Source of the DNA: Octopus sinensis | Taxonomy: Eukaryota | Assembly: GCF_006345805.1 (NCBI RefSeq) | Contig: NW_021828663.1 | Location: forward strand, 1-7,996 | Length of the DNA stretch: 7,996 nucleotides | Reading direction: 5' to 3' | Shown here: one piece after another, positions 1 to 7,934 of the stretch | How the letters are laid out: each line of letters begins with the position of its first letter | How positions within the stretch are numbered: the first letter of the stretch is position 1 | The notes under the pieces: generated by a model | The model's database searches: none | What the model saw: the letters and a program-made list of their open reading frames with translations, nothing else | Told to the model about the DNA's origin: nothing | Position numbers and translations under genes: made by a program

Positions 1-1
1 G

Positions 2-94
2 TCTAACGCGATTGATGTCCGACTTGAACTTCTGATGGTAAACGGACACCGAGATCTGACTGTAGACATTTCAAAAGTTCACTGTATCTATCAG
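2..94 (+). CDS. Possible 3' part of a host coding exon (speculative)
   Basis: The frame starting at nt 2 is open (SNAIDVRLELLMVNGHRDLTVDISKVHCIYQ), is not low-complexity, and is followed by CAG|GTTTGT (92-100), a possible splice donor. No protein family recognised; an open stretch this short occurs easily by chance. Confidence 0.15.
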
Positions 95-279
95 GTTTGT
101 GTGCGATAAATAAAACACTGCTATATCGTTTCATCATCGACTGGCTGGGGAATCGATAGATCTAGTTTCTCGATGAAGAGTTGTTGACAGAAATATGTAA
201 ATATCACCAAAAGCATACAAGTTAGTGCACAAATGAATTTTTCGATATCCTACTTATGGGAAGGTTTGAGTGTATATTT

Positions 280-286
280 GTCTGTA

Positions 287-326
<40 letters not shown>

Positions 327-415
327 TCTCTCTCTCTGTGTCTGTGTGTGTATATGCATGTATATATATATATGTATGTGTGTGTGTGTGTATTATGTAT
401 GCATGTGCATATGTA
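280..415. repeat. Compound (TG)n/(TC)n/(TA)n microsatellite
   Basis: Direct reading: long (TG)n run, then (TC)n, then mixed TG/TA dinucleotides. Confidence 0.95.
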
Positions 416-485
416 TACATGTTCCTATGTTCCTAAGTACATACCTACATATAAATACATGTATATTTCCGCGCATAGACTCAGG

Positions 486-500
486 TATACATATACACAT

Positions 501-534
<34 letters not shown>

Positions 535-572
535 GTGTGTGTGTGTGTGTCTTTTTCTCGCATGTATATATA
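486..572. repeat. (AC)n-AT-(GT)n microsatellite containing a perfect palindrome
   Basis: (AC)n at 503-530, then ATAT and (GT)n to 550; 515-550 is self-complementary. A short (TA)n tract ends at the TA (571-572) flanking the Tc1 end. Confidence 0.9.
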
Positions 573-601
573 CAGGGGTTGGACAAAATAATGGAAACAC
601 C
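573..601. repeat. Terminal inverted repeat of the Tc1 element (3' end relative to transposase)
   Basis: CAGGGGTTGGACAAAATAATGGAAACACC preceded by TA, 23 nt from the transposase stop codon (625-627). Confidence 0.85.
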
Positions 602-624
602 TTAAAATTTCAAAGAAATTTATT

Positions 625-1654
625 TTAATATGAGATAGGACCGCTTTTGGCAGTAATTACAGCTTGAAATCTACGAGATATGGATTCGTACAAAGTTTGA
701 TTTGTTTCCAAAGGAATTTTTGTCCATTCTTCAGCTAAAACAGTCTCCAGCTCTTGTAGTGGTGATGGTGAAGGATATCGACTCCTTACTTGTTTTTCTG
801 AAATGCACCATAAATGTTCAATAATATTGAGATCTGGGGACTGTGGTGGCCAGATAAGATGTTCAACTTCACTAGAATGTTCCTCGTGCCATTCAGTAAC
901 AACTTTAGCTGTGTGAATTGGTGCATTATCATCCTGAATGATTATGTTAGCCTCCATAAACAGTTCCGCAACCATAGGAAGAATTTGATCAGATAAAATG
1001 CTTAAATAATCTTGACTATTAATTCTGTCATGAAAGAAAACCATTGGGCTGGCGGATTTCCAAGATATAGACCGCAGATCATCACAGATCCTCCTCCATG
1101 TTTAACAGTTGGAAGGCGAAATCTGGGTCAAATGCTTCTTTTGGCTGTCTCCACACGTATACTCGGCCAGTGGCCGGAAATAAGGTAAATGGTGACTAGT
1201 TCGAGAAAATAATATTCTTCCACTGCTCTAGGGACCAATTCTATTAGTTTTTACTACATTCTAAACGCTTTACAACGTTTGTTTTTGAAAGTAGTGATTT
1301 TCTGATTGCAGCCCTCCCGTGAAATCTGGCTTTGTGCAGCTTCCGGTGAAGGGTTTTTGTGGAAACTGGGTTCTCGGGGTAGTCACTAATCTCTGCAGTA
1401 ATTTATGGAGCTGTGCTTTTGTAATCCTTTCTAACGATTTGCGTAAGACTCCGCCGGCCCCTATCTCAAAGTTTTGGTTTTCTTCCGGAGTTTTGTTTCG
1501 ACGAGGAGTTTTCTCCCTCTTTCTCAAAGGCTGTCATTACTTTCGAGACCGTAATTCTTGATGCACCAAACATTTCGGCAGTTTTTATTACGCTAGCGCC
1601 TTACATACGAGCACCAACAATTTGACGGCTTCGAAACTCCGATAAATCTCTCAT
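625..1654 (-). pseudogene. Tc1-like transposase pseudogene (~343 codons reconstructed, DD36E spacing)
   Basis: Manual translation from ATG at 1654: MRDLSEFRSRQIVGARM*GASVIKTAEMFGASRITVSKV...SGRKPKL*...QWKNIIFSN*SPFTLF...GRVYVWRQPKEAFDPD / LPTVKHGGGSVMICG / ISWKSASPMVFFHDRIN...IQDDNAPIH...WPPQSPDLNIIEHLW...GPISY*. Six in-frame stops and two single-base frameshifts (near 1115 and 1070). The first catalytic FSDES motif has decayed to FSN*S (1196-1201). Confidence 0.95.
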
Positions 1655-2066
1655 TTCATTTGTATTACACTTCCATGAAAATTTTAGTAGGTCCTTACAT
1701 CATTCAAGGATCCCTCACTAGTTCCTCGTAAGCCAGTTACTGATGATTATCTAACATCTGCTCTGACAGAGACATTCTAACAATGACTGTCCTATCTATT
1801 TTCAGGTGTACAGTATTTTCTGCTTCTTATCTTTTTATCTTTTTATTTGATTTTTACTCGAGACGTAATTATCATCCAATGTGTCTTTAAGACAACAGGT
1901 CATGATGCAAGATGTGTCTGCAATTTCTAGCCGGCCAAGGCGTTTCGTCAAGGCTCATTACTTCCAAGGTTTATGGTAAAGCAATAATTTCTGGTTGTTG
2001 ACCACAGTGTACATGCTTCAGTTGTTCTTCTTTTGCTCTAGCATTTTGTTGTGCAATCCAGCACGC

Positions 2067-2220
2067 TAATTAAAGTTAATTAAGCTAATGATTCAGCTTC
2101 TGCTTCGTTTATATGTGTTTATGTGAAATTTGGTCTGATTAATTATTTATATGCGGAATGATTAAAGTTCATCATAAGCTAGTTAATTAATATAATATTA
2201 GTTATCTATTTACCTAATTA
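2067..2220. promoter_or_regulatory. Cluster of homeodomain-type TAATTA sites; candidate enhancer (speculative)
   Basis: TAATTA at 2067, 2077, 2140, 2184 and 2215 (two within TTAATTAA), TAATGA at 2086, and ATTAAAGTT twice (2069, 2161), in non-microsatellite sequence. Confidence 0.2.
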
Positions 2221-2445
2221 TGGTAAAAGAAGAATGTGCACACACACGAGCATAAAGAGCCGCACAATTTATACACAAGAATTACTTAGGAAGTTCATAT
2301 ATATACACATGAGTGCACACGAACATACGCATGCAAAAGCGCACACGTACACGTGCGCGCGCGTATTTGCGTCTATTGATTCTAGCTGTTATGGAAGTAT
2401 AGCGCCGAGATTTTCTGCGATGCAGAATTTGCGTGTACATGAATG

Positions 2446-2475
2446 AATATATATATATATATTATATATATATAT

Positions 2476-2507
<32 letters not shown>

Positions 2508-2539
2508 TATATACACATATATATATACATATATTATAA

Positions 2540-2576
<37 letters not shown>

Positions 2577-2935
2577 TATATACATATCTATATATACATA
2601 TTTATATACACATGTATATATATATATATATTTACATATATATACATATTTATATACACATGTATATATATATATATTTACATATATATATATACTTATA
2701 TGTATGCATATATATGTTTATATATATATATATTTATATATATATATATATATAATATATATATATATATTTATATGTACATATTTATACACACACACAC
2801 ACACATATATATATATAAATGTATACATGCTTATGAATAGATGTATTCGCATGTATGTATATATATGGTATATATGCATATATGTATATATATCTGTTTA
2901 CGTATATGGATATATGTGCGTGTGTATGTGTGTAT
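2446..2935. repeat. Long interrupted (TA)n microsatellite field with CA/TG variants
   Basis: Direct reading; includes an internal ~46-bp duplication (2591-2636, 2637-2682) and an (AC)n tract near 2788-2803. Confidence 0.95.
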
Positions 2936-3164
2936 GTTAATAACAAAAAAGCAGTAATATGCACACTCAAAGAAACTTTCTGTGGATAGATAGATGATGT
3001 GTGCGTTGGGTTGTAGAAACGATAGAAAAAATCTTATTGAATACGCAGGGTTTATTTGTTGTTTGATGTTAAACGTTCCATCTATCATTACATAGTTTAA
3101 AACGTTCGACTGAAGAATTAGCTTCAAACAAATGAAAATGAAAGAATGAAGGAATAAATGGAAT

Positions 3165-3350
3165 GTATGTATGTATGTATATATCTATGCATTTATACAT
3201 ATACGCACATACATATATATGTGGGCGTGTATATATGTATGTATATATATATATATATATATATATAGATAGATAGATAGATATAGATAGATAGATACAC
3301 ATATATGTATGTATATACGTATATATATATACATACACATACGTATATAT

Positions 3351-3391
<41 letters not shown>

Positions 3392-3484
3392 TGTACATAT
3401 ATATATTTATATATAAAACATATGTATATATAATATATATATATATATATATATCAGCTAACTTCCTAGATTTACTTGTCTGTC

Positions 3485-3530
<46 letters not shown>

Positions 3531-3698
3531 TATACATATATACATACATATACACGCACGCATACATATATACATTCATATGTACGCACATACATATATA
3601 CATATGTATATAGCGTATTGTGTGTGTGAATCTGAGCGTGTTTGAGTGTGATAGTTGTGTGGTGTATGTGAAGTGTGTGTGTGTGTGTGTGTGTGTGT
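3165..3698. repeat. Long compound (TATG)n/(TA)n/(TAGA)n/(TG)n microsatellite field
   Basis: Direct reading; (TA)n runs, GATA repeats at ~3266-3295 and (GT)n at 3673-3698, with short unique interruptions. Confidence 0.95.
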
Positions 3699-3813
3699 TA
3701 AACTTCTATATGAATTATATATCAACAATAGTTTATAGGTTTCTAAATCTGCTTCGATCATTTTGATGTCTTGAGAACTGCGACGAGATCAAAATGATCG
3801 GAACGGATTATAA

Positions 3814-3985
3814 CACAGACATACGCACACACAAACACACACGTGCACGCGCGTGCGCACACACAGACACACCCAGGTACCGATACAAACGTACATGCAC
3901 ACTCGCAGTTGCCCATGCACACACATTGCACACATATATAGACACATATATATACATATACATATACACATATACATTCACATAC
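3814..3985. repeat. Degenerate (CA)n/(TA)n-rich tract
   Basis: Alternating purine-pyrimidine sequence, including the palindrome GCACGCGCGTGC at 3845-3856. Confidence 0.75.
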
Positions 3986-4317
3986 TCAAATAGTGGTTCA
4001 AATACAAACACATGTGCGTAGAGAAAGACACAGTCATACGGGCCAATGAGCAAAGGTACACATGTTCTCTCGGCCTAGCAGCTAGAAATAATAGCCGGGT
4101 CTATGTTAAATGAGAGAGCCTACCCCAGAATCTGTTTTGTAATGATCTGTATGATAACTAATCGATATGTGTTTTGTTAGAAATGTTTTAAATGTTCAGT
4201 TACTGTGAAGCATGGAAAACCCAGTCTTTTGGGTTCTCGTTGGTTGTCTAGGAGGGAGTGATGTAGGGAGAAAGATAGAGGAGAACGAATGAAAAGAGAG
4301 AGAAAGATAAAATGTGA

Positions 4318-4320
<3 letters not shown>

Positions 4321-4358
<38 letters not shown>
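4321..4358. repeat. (AG)19 microsatellite
   Basis: Perfect AG repeat, within a purine-rich stretch (~4270-4385). Confidence 0.97.
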
Positions 4359-4366
<8 letters not shown>

Positions 4367-5054
4367 AGAGCGGGGTAGAAAGAAAGGGTGTCACATTGGT
4401 TACAGATTATCCAAAAGCAATCGATTACTGGTCACAAAAAAGGAAACGAAAGGACACATTATATAATGTAATGCGAAACATAGTGATTGTTTTTAGCGTG
4501 GATCATGAGTGGATCATGGCTGGAAGGGTTACAGTTTTACGAAGACAGACTTGGGGCTAAAAAACCAGTAGCCTGTATGCATTTGCTTGATCTGCTAGAA
4601 ATCACTGCCAGCTTCCCCGCAATCGCACTCATACATCTTATAAAATGAAGGACATGCTGGTTAATGTCATCCTGGAAATACAAATGTTTGGGTGAAGTCA
4701 GGGTTGGCAATCGTTTGAATATGACTAAGTTCAATCAGCGATGATCAGGGTGCCAAGATCACCAGCAGCAAAAATTAAATGTCATTTGAAACTCTTAGCA
4801 TTAATAGACTTCGTATCTGGATTTAATCCTGAATGATTTGGTCTTTGAATTCGCTAGCAAAAAGTCAAATATAAAAGCTCTGTAGATTTCTAACCAGATT
4901 ACTTTTATACGGGGTCAAAGATCTTCGGGTTAAAATGAGAAAAAAATATAAAAACTGGCGTTGTTTCAGCTTCGAGGAGATACAAAAGACATCGAAAGTG
5001 ATAGATTACCAACAGCATCGTTGAATCACGCGCTAGGTTTTGTTTATTAAGTAG

Positions 5055-5185
5055 TTAACCCATTGCCTGTGTATCATATGTGATACACAGGAAATATTTC
5101 CACAGCATCCATGTATCATATATGACACACTTTCCCCATTTTTCCACCATCAGAGTAACTTGGGACTTTCGAAAGAAAAGCTTTA
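5055..5185 (+). mobile_element. piggyBac-like terminal fragment (TTAA|CCC end with subterminal palindromes)
   Basis: TTAA (5055-5058) followed by CCC. Near-perfect 26-bp palindrome CCTGTGTATCA-TATG-TGATACACAGG (5066-5091) and a second related copy TGTATCATATATGACACA (5112-5129). TTAA target sites and CC(Y) termini are established piggyBac hallmarks. No matching opposite end found. Confidence 0.5.
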
Positions 5186-5189
5186 TACA

Positions 5190-5532
5190 ACCAAGCGCAC
5201 AGGAAAACTAACGAAAGGGGTTTTGTTTCACCAGCACAATACTCCAGCACACAAGCCCTTGATTTCAATGGCTGCCGTGCATAACTGTGGCTGTGAACTG
5301 GTTGATTATTTTCCTTATTCTCTTGATATAGCCCCACGTGACTATCGTCTGTTCCTCAACATGAAAAAACATTTGCCTGGGAACAAGTATCGCAGTGACG
5401 ATGACATCATATCTGCTGTTGGTGGCGTTTTCTTACCAAAAGGGTGAAAGCTTCTTCCTTAATGGGATCCAAGCACTGCAACACCAATAGAAGATGAGTA
5501 TGGCCAACCAGGGGTATTATATTGAAAAATAA
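5190..5532 (+). pseudogene. mariner transposase pseudogene, C-terminal third
   Basis: TKRTGKLTKGVLFHQHNTPAH (decayed HQDNAPAH) ... YFPYSLDIAPRDYRLF (decayed HPPYSPDLAPSDY), with 34 residues between the two catalytic positions. After a frameshift: ESFFLNGIQALQHQ*KMSMANQGYYIEK* (stop 5530-5532), the typical mariner C-terminus. Confidence 0.92.
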
Positions 5533-5600
5533 ATCTCATTTGGTCCCATTCCATGAGAGTATTTTGGTCCAGTCTATGAACTTTTCAGCCGACCTTTGTT
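5190..5600 (+). mobile_element. mariner (DD34D) transposon, 3' fragment with right TIR
   Basis: Transposase C-terminal relic followed by a TIR-like sequence ...GTCTATGAACTTTTCAGCCGACC (5572-5594) with a decayed terminus. The 5' portion is absent. Confidence 0.9.
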
Positions 5601-5643
5601 TTATTCCGAATGTATGAAAAAAGGGCTAAATAAAACACGGAAC

Positions 5644-5898
5644 AAAAAAAATGTAAAGTTACCTTCTCGAATTATACCGACTCATAAGAGCTGGTTTCCC
5701 GGTGTCATGGCGCAGATATTCCCCACCTGGACAAGACGCCGGTCGTAGTTTTATTCATTTTTGCCAGCTTAGTGGACTAGAGCAATGTGAAATGAAGTAT
5801 TTTGCTCAGGAACCAAACAGGTCGCCCGTTGTAGGAATCGAAACCACGATCTTACGATCATGAGCCCAACACCCTAACCACTAAGCCACGCACTCCAC
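5644..5898 (-). mobile_element. Full-length tRNA-derived SINE with target-site duplication
   Basis: Minus-strand head GTGGAGTGCG-TGGCTTAGTGG (A box, 5888-5878) ... GTTTCGATTCC (B box, 5844-5834) and a T-rich tail. Flanked by direct repeats CTAAATAAAACACGGAAC (5626-5643) and CTAAAACAAACACGGAAC (5898-5915), 16/18 identical with an 11-bp perfect core. Confidence 0.88.
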
Positions 5899-6360
5899 TA
5901 AAACAAACACGGAACGGTTAAGGCTGGATAATAGATCTAGTCCATCTGGACTGGTCGGGGTGATAAGCAACAAAAGCATCAATGACAGACAGAAATAAAA
6001 CAGAAGATAAACGTTTTTACTTACTTTAATTTCTGCAAGGCCTCTTCTATAGATTCCACGGACATTTTCAAGCTGTTGTAAAGGCTAGGGTTGATTTTGG
6101 AAAGGAAATATTTGGCAGCACCGTATTCTAAGGTAGCCACTTGCATTGTTCGCAACTGTAAATTATAAATGTCATAAAATATTATTTAATAAAGTACAAA
6201 CAATAACAAGGTATTTATAACAATGAAGATCTCTGACTGGCTCAACGCTATCTAAAGGATTCTAGCTGTCTTTTAGTCTCTAGCAAACTCTGAATGGGAA
6301 TACAGTGTGATGAGATATATTACAGTTGTGACAAGAAGTATTTAGTTTGTGATTCTATTC

Positions 6361-6403
6361 TATATACAACACACAGACACACACACACAGACACACACAC
6401 ACA

Positions 6404-6462
<59 letters not shown>
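6361..6462. repeat. Compound (CA)n-(CT)n-(CA)n microsatellite
   Basis: Direct reading; lies next to the 3' tail of the SINE at 6475. Confidence 0.95.
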
Positions 6463-6474
6463 GAACAAATACAG

Positions 6475-6770
6475 ACTCTTTACTCTTTTATTGTTTCAGT
6501 CATTTGACTGTACCATGCTGGAGCACCGTCTTTAGCCGAGCTAATCGACCGCAGGACTTATTCTTTGCAAGCCTAGTACATATCCTATCGGTGTATTTTG
6601 CCGAACGCTAAGTTACGGGGACGCAAACACACCAGCATCGGTTTTCAAGCGATGTTGGGGAAGGGGGGACACAGAAACACAAACATATATACACACACAT
6701 ACATATACACATATATATATATACATATATACGACAGGCTTCTTTCAGTTTCCGTCTACCAAATCCACTC
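6475..6770 (-). mobile_element. 5'-truncated SINE (second family) with internal AT/GT microsatellite and AAGAGT-type tail
   Basis: Minus strand reads GAGTGGATTTGGTAGACGGAAACTGAAAGAAGCC...[TA/TG tract]...GCTCCAGCATGG...TGACTGAAACAATAAAAGAGTAAAGAGT. I recognise this as an abundant Octopus-type SINE body and tail (recall, not a search). No A/B-box head is present at the 5' side. Confidence 0.75.
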
Positions 6771-6884
6771 TGTCTATCGCATGTGGTGGGTGGATCTTAA
6801 AGTTGCCACATGCATTCTGAGTATTTTAGAGTAGGCTCGAATTAGAGATTATTATTTGTGGCTAATGGTGTGAGTCCCTAATTG

Positions 6885-7000
6885 GAAGAAGAAGAAGAAG
6901 AAGAGAAGAAAAGAGAAGAAGAAAGAAAAGAAGAAGAAGAAGAAGAAGAAGAAGAAGAAGAAGAAGAAGAAGAAGAAGAAGAAGAAGAAGAAGAAGAAGA
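6885..7000. repeat. (GAA)n microsatellite, perfect (GAA)23 at 6930-6998
   Basis: Direct reading; interrupted units at 6901-6929. Confidence 0.97.
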
Positions 7001-7132
7001 GCAGCAGAGCAGCAGTACCGACAACAGCTCTAAGAAATATAACATATTCCCTCTCGCCATGTTGTCCTGTATTCCGAACACCCATCTGTCTAAGATCTCT
7101 TTGACAGGATAAATGGATTCAAAATAGAGACA

Positions 7133-7216
7133 AACAAAAATGGCAACGACGATGACAGAAATGATAACAGCAACAACAAAAGCAACAATAACGGTAACAG
7201 CAACAATAACAACAAG
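7133..7216. repeat. Degenerate (AAC/AAT/AGC)n trinucleotide tract
   Basis: AACAGCAACAACAAAAGCAACAATAACGGTAACAGCAACAATAACAAC-type sequence. Confidence 0.7.
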
Positions 7217-7321
7217 GATAGTCCCTCGCTGCATGCTGTTCGGGAGCTCTAGACAACCATTCCTTTCAAGACTCATCCGAGGAATGAAATAACTCAGCAA
7301 CAAGAATGTGGGGAGCAACAG

Positions 7322-7530
7322 TAATAATTGTTTCAAGTATGGCACAATGCCAGCAATTTCGTGGGAAATGGGGGAGGGGGTAAATTGATTAGATCACCCC
7401 AAGTGTTCAACCGTTACTTATTTTATCGATCTCGATAGGATGAACGGCAACGTTGACCTTGCAAATTTGATTTCAGAACGTAAAGGCGGACAAAGACTAA
7501 TTTTTCCCGGCGTGCAAATGATTCGGGCCA
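7322..7530 (-). mobile_element. tRNA-derived SINE, third family, copy 1 (diverged)
   Basis: Aligns by eye with copies at 7539 and 7720 (GGCAC..GCCAGCAATT, G-rich stretch, TACTTATTTTATCGA, CAGAACGTAAAGGCGGAC, GGCGTGCAAATGATTC). A/B boxes are degenerate. Confidence 0.75.
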
Positions 7531-7538
7531 TGTGACCC

Positions 7539-7716
7539 TAATAACCCTTTCATCTCTTGGCATAAGGTCTGAAATTTAGGGGAAGGCCGTAAGTCAATTA
7601 CATGGACCCCAGTACTTATTTTATTGACCTGAGTGGAATTTGAACTGTGAAAGGAGAGACGGACGAAATGGTACTAAGCACTTTGTCAGGTGTGCTAACG
7701 ATTTTGCCAGCTCATC
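7539..7716 (-). mobile_element. tRNA-derived SINE, third family, copy 2 (internal ~27-bp deletion)
   Basis: Minus-strand A box TGGCAAAATCG (7709-7699) and B box AGTTCAAATTCC (7646-7635); shares GACCCCAGT and TACTTATTTTAT with the neighbouring copies. Confidence 0.8.
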
Positions 7717-7719
7717 GGT

Positions 7720-7934
7720 AGTAATATTTTCTATTATAGGCACGAGGCCAGCAATTCTGAGGGAGGGGCCAAGTCGATTATATCGACCCCAGTCCGCAAC
7801 TGATACTTATTTTATCGACTCCGGAAGAATGAAAGACAAAATCGACCTCGGCGGAATTTGAGCTCTGAATGTAAAGACGGATGAAATGCCGCTAATCCTT
7901 TTGTTCGGCGTGCAAACGATTCTTCTAGCTCGCC
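7720..7934 (-). mobile_element. tRNA-derived SINE, third family, copy 3 (full length)
   Basis: Minus strand: GGCGAGCTAGAAGAATCG (A-box region 7927-7917) ... GAGCTCAAATTCC (B-box region 7865-7853) GCCGAGGTCGATTTTGTCTTTCATTCTTCCGGAGTCGATAAAATAAGTATCAG ... GTGCCTATAATAGAAAATATTACTA tail. Confidence 0.85.

Larger units (their letters stand above)
573..1819 (-). mobile_element. Tc1-type (IS630-Tc1-mariner) DNA transposon, near full length, inactive
   Basis: TA|CAGGGGTTGGACAAAATAATGGAAACACC at 571-601 is a typical Tc1-like terminus. The transposase relic lies at 1654->625. A degenerate inner part of the opposite TIR is at 1798-1819 (ATTTTCAGGTGT--ACAGTATTTT vs expected ATTTTAAGGTGTTTCCATTATTTT); its outermost bases are not recognisable. 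Confidence 0.93.

Noticed and set aside
233-605. ORFs rich in VC/CV/HT repeats
   Set aside because: Translations of (TG)n/(CA)n microsatellites; no coding signal.
1270-1561. 85-aa minus and 80-aa plus ORFs
   Set aside because: Alternative-frame and antisense readings of the Tc1 transposase pseudogene; the true frame contains stops.
1899-1976. Possible small exon VMMQDVSAISSRPRRFVKAHYFQGLW between CAG and GTAAAG
   Set aside because: Weak polypyrimidine tract, very short, no recognisable homology; expected by chance.
2433-3645. Many long YI/IY-repeat ORFs up to 168 aa
   Set aside because: Stop-free frames of (TA)n tracts; low-complexity artefacts.
4500-4740. 65-aa minus ORF and protein-like plus frames
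   Set aside because: No domain recognised. Parts (CATGGCTGGAA, GACTTGGGGCTAAA, GCTAGAAATCACTGCC; compare GCTAGAAATAATAGCC near 4081) look like old interspersed-repeat debris, but too decayed to call as a feature.
4927-4933. GGGTTAA as a possible piggyBac right end
   Set aside because: Lies upstream of the TTAACCC end and faces away from it, so they cannot bound one element; no matching subterminal repeats.
5826-5898. tRNA-like sequence with CAT anticodon
   Set aside because: No convincing acceptor or anticodon stem; it is the head of a TSD-flanked SINE rather than a tRNA gene.
6779-6813. 8-bp inverted repeat GCATGTGG/CCACATGC
   Set aside because: Short enough to arise by chance in 8 kb; no supporting context.
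6878-7345. 155-aa ORF with a hydrophobic stretch and poly-Ser, resembling a membrane protein; also poly-E and poly-F ORFs
   Set aside because: The hydrophobic segment is the antisense of an (AAC)n-type tract and the poly-S/E/F runs come from (GAA)n; no recognisable domain.
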